A stretch of DNA of 64,000 bases, from contig OZ244207.1 in NCBI GenBank assembly GCA_965216875.1, positions 4,320,001 through 4,384,000 on the forward strand, in the 5' to 3' direction. The notes under the pieces are model-generated. The model searched no databases. It saw nothing but the letters and a program-made list of their open reading frames with translations, and was not told where the DNA came from. The position numbers and the translations under genes were made by a program. This document shows, piece after piece, positions 60,301-64,000 of this stretch. Source of the DNA: Rubripirellula sp. (GTDB lineage Bacteria; Planctomycetota; Planctomycetia; Pirellulales; Pirellulaceae). Position 1 is the stretch's first letter. Each line of letters begins with the position of its first letter.

Positions 60301-60962
60301 TTGCCCGATTGAATGACAAGTCGATCATCTGCCATGTACTTTTTGGCAAGCTCGGCAGGGAACAAGTCAAAGTCGGTTTTTCCGATCACCTGGTCGGGCT
60401 CGACTCGCATTTGTTGGCAGGCCAGGTTGTTGGCATATTTGATTCGTCCGCGAAGGTCTTTCCGCAAAATGCTTAGTGGCATCCCTTCGAGCAAGGACAA
60501 GTAGACCGCTTCCGAATCGCGCACCGAAATCTCTGCGTTTCGTTGTTCGCTCACATCGCGGCTGATTCCACAAAGCGTCACGTCGTCCTGATCGGCGCCA
60601 GCGCGTCCGTTCTTGCCCGGTGCATCACGGACGATGGTTTCGCGAATCCACTTCACCTCGGCCCCGACACCGATCAGACGGTAGTCGTGGTTCGCATTTC
60701 CTTTTTCGATCGCGCGGACCAGGGCGGCCGTCACCGACTCGTGATCATCGGGATGGATCAGGTCAAACCAATAGCGACGCTGTGCAAGCAGATCGTCGGC
60801 CGAGGTCCCCAAGACACCAAGGGCGGTCGGTGAGACCCATTGAAGGTGCCTTTGCCTTGCCGAAACCTGCCACGAGAACTCGCATGCTCGAGAGAGGAGC
60901 CGGTCCGGGAGAGGGCCCGGATCGGATTGATCGGCTGCGGTACCGATGTCGACGTTTGCCAT
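57369..60962 (-). CDS. Soluble multi-PAS hybrid histidine kinase (about 4 PAS, HisKA, HATPase, 2 REC, HPt)
   Basis: Repeated GKTDFD/GKSDAD/GKTDYD PAS units; SHEIRTPMN; GGTGLGLAI; DVNMP and DVQMP receivers; AHTLKGAS. Confidence 0.93.
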   Translation of the reverse strand: MANVDIGTAADQSDPGPLPDRLLSRACEFSWQVSARQRHLQWVSPTALGVLGTSADDLLAQRRYWFDLIHPDDHESVTAALVRAIEKGNANHDYRLIGVGAEVKWIRETIVRDAPGKNGRAGADQDDVTLCGISRDVSEQRNAEISVRDSEAVYLSLLEGMPLSILRKDLRGRIKYANNLACQQMRVEPDQVIGKTDFDLFPAELAKKYMADDRLVIQSGKLHHDVERHQSADGSQHHVEVWKAPVHGSHGDVIGIQVLFWDVTDKKNAEHQIEFEKFLLSILLETVPDSVYFKDADSRFIRLSRSCARKFGLSDPRDAIGKSDADFFSSAHAKSALSDERRIMESGEAILAKIERETYPDQEDTWCSTTKVPLKDQDGKLIGTFGISRDVSEQKRAEEELARERDLLKTIIDNVPDLIYVKDRYGRFITANAALLNRLNLDSPAQMAGKTDYDFSVPEMACNYVTDDQNVMRSGEPLMDREESHQGEDGPPIWLLTTKVPLRNSDGEVIGVVGIGHDITERKKSEKEIISAKEIADKANQAKSDFLANMSHEIRTPMNAIIGMTDLVLDTRLDANQRNFLLMVQESGESLLSVINDILDFSKIEAGKLDIESRIFDLRESLGDTMKTLALKAHAKGLELAFRVDPNAPRYVIGDAGRLRQIIVNLVGNAVKFTEKGEVVVDVDCVAANDKDVHLRFCVRDTGIGIPEEKCATIFEEFEQADTSTTRRFGGTGLGLAISSRLVRLMGGTIDVSSEVNEGSKFTFEITLDSAPEDVEQQSNKGLVYVGGTRVLVVDDNETNRKILDEMLSNWGMKPILAPSGDVAIEELRGAASDGEPFGLVISDVNMPEMSGYDFVEQVIEDKNIAATPIIILTSGGRDGDSVIRDRLGISERLMKPVKQSELFDAIVRTLGVTAPEDETAFEYDEELVSSIGELKVLLAEDNVINQRLAVGVLDRFGHEVTVVENGQQAVDALGREPFDVVLMDVQMPVMDGFAATEAIRHREEKTGERVPIIAMTAHAMKGDREKCLEIGMDEYVAKPIRITVLCEKLAKVLQGRGTLSTSGRPDLSVLVAHEEDEAKAGVDIADVIDWEHAKVTVGGDQGLLDELLKIYLGESSKLLREIEGAIQSESGHDLHRTAHTLKGASMSVGAIGVVAVAESLEQIGGRGALSEAPPVMDQLKSAVSKVVRAIEDHLGT

Positions 60963-61103
60963 TGCGCCAAGCTTTCATGACGGGAAGCGATGAGTTCGCC
61001 GCTGCGTCGTCCCCCAAGACGCAAAAGTCCATCATAAACGCTTTGTCGGCCCGATTCGAGCTTTGAACGCCTGCGGGCCCTAGAGGTTGTGCGCTCCAAC
61101 GAT

Positions 61104-61211
61104 CACCCTCCTGCTTGCGGGAGGGTCGGGCGCTAAAGCCCAGGGAGTGAAGGATCGATACAAAATGAACCCTCTTCGGCCCTTAGAGGCCGACTCTCCC
61201 AAGGGAGAGTG
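61104..61211. repeat. Palindromic intergenic element (CCCTCC...GGGAGGG type inverted doublet)
   Basis: CACCCTCC-TGCTTGC-GGGAGGGTCG ... CGACTCTCCC-AA-GGGAGAGTG; only one copy in the window. Confidence 0.55.
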
Positions 61212-61287
61212 TTCAACGCGCAGTTCAGAGGCCGCAGCACTCACCACCCTCTTTTTCTTACCGTCCCGAGCGGCGAAGGCTGCAGGG

Positions 61288-61312
61288 CCCGACACTAGCG
61301 CGTTCGGCTCAC
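61288..61312 (-). repeat. REP-like family C copy
   Basis: CCCGACACTAGCGCGTTCGGCTCAC. Confidence 0.8.
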
Positions 61313-61360
61313 ATTGCGCTCACGGTCGCCGCCTGCACCCATCCCCAGGGGTAGGCCCCT

Positions 61361-61738
61361 TTAGGCGTTCATCGTGCCCGAGTCACCCGCTGCGATTTGG
61401 CGCATGAAACGTGGCATCACACCGACGTAGGTGTTGCAGTGATTACAGACACTGGCGTTGGCCGAAATCGACACGTTGCAACGTGGGCACGATTTGGTCG
61501 AGTCGGGCTTTCGTTCGGGCATTGGCGGGATCTCTGGCGATTCACCCAGAATCCGCATCACGCTGGTGTCGGTCACCACATTGCTATCTGCAGCAGAGGG
61601 TTTCAGAGGTGCAAAGACGAATTCCTTTCGACACTTTGGGCACCGCACTGACTTGCCCGCCAAGCGAATATCACCGCGAACGCGGTGCCCTGAGGGACAA
61701 GCGTCGGTGATTTTGGTGTTGGGCGTGTTCTCGGTCAC
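61361..61738 (-). CDS. Small double zinc-ribbon protein
   Basis: CPSGH...CPKC and CPRC...CNHC; AGGA RBS. Confidence 0.75.
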   Translation of the reverse strand: MTENTPNTKITDACPSGHRVRGDIRLAGKSVRCPKCRKEFVFAPLKPSAADSNVVTDTSVMRILGESPEIPPMPERKPDSTKSCPRCNVSISANASVCNHCNTYVGVMPRFMRQIAAGDSGTMNA

Positions 61739-62259
61739 GATTCTTTTTCCTTTCTGATGATTTTGCTGTCGCGAGTCGCATCCTGCTTACGTTGAAACCT
61801 CACTACTTCAGGCAGGTTCCGGTGTCATCGGAGGCGCTAAAATATCTTTTCGCGTCGCGATGCCACGGTTGGTCCACCCAAGCAGATGAAAACACCCGTT
61901 AGCGAGCTTTATCGGGTAGTTCGCTGGCCCGACTGGTTTCTGGGGATTTTTTTTGGGATATCGCGCAATGTCGCACCAGATGATGCGTGTAAACCTGTAA
62001 CACCCCCGGAAACATTGCCGACTCAATCGCGTCGTCACCCTAAGGGGACACCCAGGTGGCGAGTGGGTTCGACGATGCGAGCCAACGTAACATTGTGAGC
62101 CGGCGTAACATTGCGATTCGGTCGAACGTTGCGACTTGGTTCTTTGCACAGTAGGACATCGGAAAGGGGCACGCCGATCCAAACTGCGCCGGAATGTCGC
62201 AAACGACCAACGCGTGTTTCACGACTGCGGCAATCCGTCGTCGGTAGCGGAATCCTCGG

Positions 62260-62859
62260 ATGAGCACTTTGAATTCAGATCCCCAAACTCGACAAAGCCT
62301 CTTGGTTCGATTGCGCGACTCGCGCGACGATCAAGCGTGGGCCGAATTCACTGCGGTGTACGAACCGGTGATCTACCGCATGGCCAAACGCCGAGCGTTC
62401 CAAGACGCTGACGCGAGAGAGATTGTTCAAGAAGTGTTGCTTTCCGTTTCCTCCGCGATCGAACGCTTTGACCTCGAAGGTGACGGCAGCTTTCGAGGTT
62501 GGCTTGCTCGCATCACGCGCAATGCTGCCATCGATCAATTCCGCAAGCGTTCGCGTCATGAACAGTCGCCAGGGAACACCGAGATTCAAATGACGCTTGA
62601 TCGCATCGCGGTCGACCAACCCTTTGAAGAAGAGTTTGACCAAGATCGTCGTCAACAACTCTTTCGTTGGGCTGCAAGTGAAGTGCGTACGCGAACGGGT
62701 GAGTCGAATTGGATCGCGTTTTGGCGCACCGCCGTGGAATCAAAACCGATTGCAGATGTTGCCGCCGAACTGGGGATCACCGAGGGAGCGGTGTATGTGG
62801 CTCGTTGCCGAGTGCTGAAACGGATTCGCCAACTCGTCCACCACCGCTTAAGCGAGTAG
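62260..62859 (+). CDS. ECF sigma factor of the Ser/Thr-kinase-associated type
   Basis: TRQSLLVRLRD...AWAEFTAVYEP, GSFRGWL, VAAELGITEGAVYVARCRVLKR. Confidence 0.92.
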   Translation: MSTLNSDPQTRQSLLVRLRDSRDDQAWAEFTAVYEPVIYRMAKRRAFQDADAREIVQEVLLSVSSAIERFDLEGDGSFRGWLARITRNAAIDQFRKRSRHEQSPGNTEIQMTLDRIAVDQPFEEEFDQDRRQQLFRWAASEVRTRTGESNWIAFWRTAVESKPIADVAAELGITEGAVYVARCRVLKRIRQLVHHRLSE

Positions 62860-62870
62860 GGATCCCAAAC

Positions 62871-64000
62871 ATGATTGCTAAACCTGATCGACACATCGAA
62901 AACGAAGAGCTTCGCAGGCTGCTCGATGATGCCCTTTCAAGCGAGCAAGTCGAACAGATCGAATCGCACCTTGATCGCTGCGAAACCTGCCGCGGCGAAC
63001 TGGAAGAACTCGCCGGAGCACAACAGTGGTGGCAAGAAACGGTCGAAGTGCTTTCGCAAAGCACGATGTCACAACCCAAAGCAAATCTCGACGACGAGTT
63101 GACCAGCGGGCAGGCCGGCACGCCGACTCACGCGTCCGGCCAACAGCAAGGTGACCGGCTGGTCGACTCGTCGCTCGATTGGATCCGCCCGCTCCTTGAT
63201 GGTCCAACCGAAGACAACCTTGGCCACATCGATCATTACCCGATCGACAGCGTTATCGGCCAGGGCGGAATGGGCGTGGTCTTGCGAGGAACCGATCCTG
63301 AATTGAATCGCCCCGTCGCAATCAAAGTGCTTGCGCCTCATTTGGCTGGTGTGGGTGCAGCCCGCGCGCGTTTCATGCGTGAAGCTCAAGCGGCCGCTGC
63401 CATCGTGCATCCGTCGATTGTCCCGATCTACAGCATCGCGACGGCCGGTCGACTTCCTTACATCGTGATGCCCTGCATCTCGGGTGGGAACCTGCAAGAA
63501 CATCTCGAGAAATCGGGTCCACTCGCATTGGACGAGGTCCTGCGCATCGGACTGCAGGTCGCCGAGGGTCTTTCCGCCGCTCATCGCCAAGGCGTGATTC
63601 ACCGAGACATCAAACCGGCGAACATCTTGATGGAAGAGGGCAATGGCAGAGTCTTGATCAGCGACTTTGGATTGGCTCGCGCTTTGGACGATGCCACTCT
63701 AACAATGAGCGGCATGATTGCCGGCACGCCCCAGTACATGAGTCCCGAACAAGCACGCGGCGAGGCCGTCGACGTAAGGTCGGATCTATTCAGCCTCGGC
63801 AGTCTGATTTACGCGCTCGCCATTGGCCGCGCCCCCTACCGCGCCGACTCACCGCTCGCCGTTTTGCGAAAGATCACTGAGAGCCGACCTCGTCCGATCT
63901 ATGAAGTCAACGAGCGGATGCCAGCCTGGCTCGACACGCTGACGTCGCGATTGATGTCGATCGACAAAAACCATCGCATCGCTTCGGCCGACGAAGCCGC
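62871..64000 (+). CDS. Ser/Thr protein kinase with N-terminal HxxxCxxC zinc-finger (3' truncated by window edge; absent from the ORF track)
   Basis: Translated by hand from ATG 62871: ESHLDRCETC, GQGGMGVV, VAIKVL, HRDIKPANIL, DFGLAR, GTPQYMSPEQ. Confidence 0.93.
   Translation, partial: MIAKPDRHIENEELRRLLDDALSSEQVEQIESHLDRCETCRGELEELAGAQQWWQETVEVLSQSTMSQPKANLDDELTSGQAGTPTHASGQQQGDRLVDSSLDWIRPLLDGPTEDNLGHIDHYPIDSVIGQGGMGVVLRGTDPELNRPVAIKVLAPHLAGVGAARARFMREAQAAAAIVHPSIVPIYSIATAGRLPYIVMPCISGGNLQEHLEKSGPLALDEVLRIGLQVAEGLSAAHRQGVIHRDIKPANILMEEGNGRVLISDFGLARALDDATLTMSGMIAGTPQYMSPEQARGEAVDVRSDLFSLGSLIYALAIGRAPYRADSPLAVLRKITESRPRPIYEVNERMPAWLDTLTSRLMSIDKNHRIASADEA

Noticed and set aside
62064..62075. 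GGTTCGA T-loop-like motif suggesting a tRNA
   Set aside because: No T-stem pairing, cloverleaf or acceptor stem

Overview
Chromosomal window from a GC-rich bacterium, very probably a planctomycete of the Pirellulaceae type (inferred from PSCyt/PSD1, DUF1501, DUF1570, ECF-kinase and M56 gene content). It holds about 38 protein-coding genes. The main feature is a 21-kb type IV filament locus (10868-31951): two PilB/GspE ATPases, PilT, a PilC with an unusual hydrophobic insertion, and six consecutive very large prepilin-like proteins (about 400-2035 aa) with no ordinary small pilin. Other modules: a BlaI/M56 operon with a visible double operator, aspS, MFS, Gpx, TolC, redoxin, RtcB, a ParE-type toxin-antitoxin pair, an ECF/FecR-LamG/PSD1/DUF1501 operon, mog, a sulfatase, a multi-PAS hybrid kinase and an ECF/Ser-Thr kinase pair. 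Intergenic DNA carries at least seven families of REP-like palindromes, often stacked in mosaics, plus a recurring ECF-type promoter motif and two candidate structured RNAs. I saw no rRNA, tRNA, CRISPR array or transposase. All family calls come from reading motifs by eye, not from database searches.
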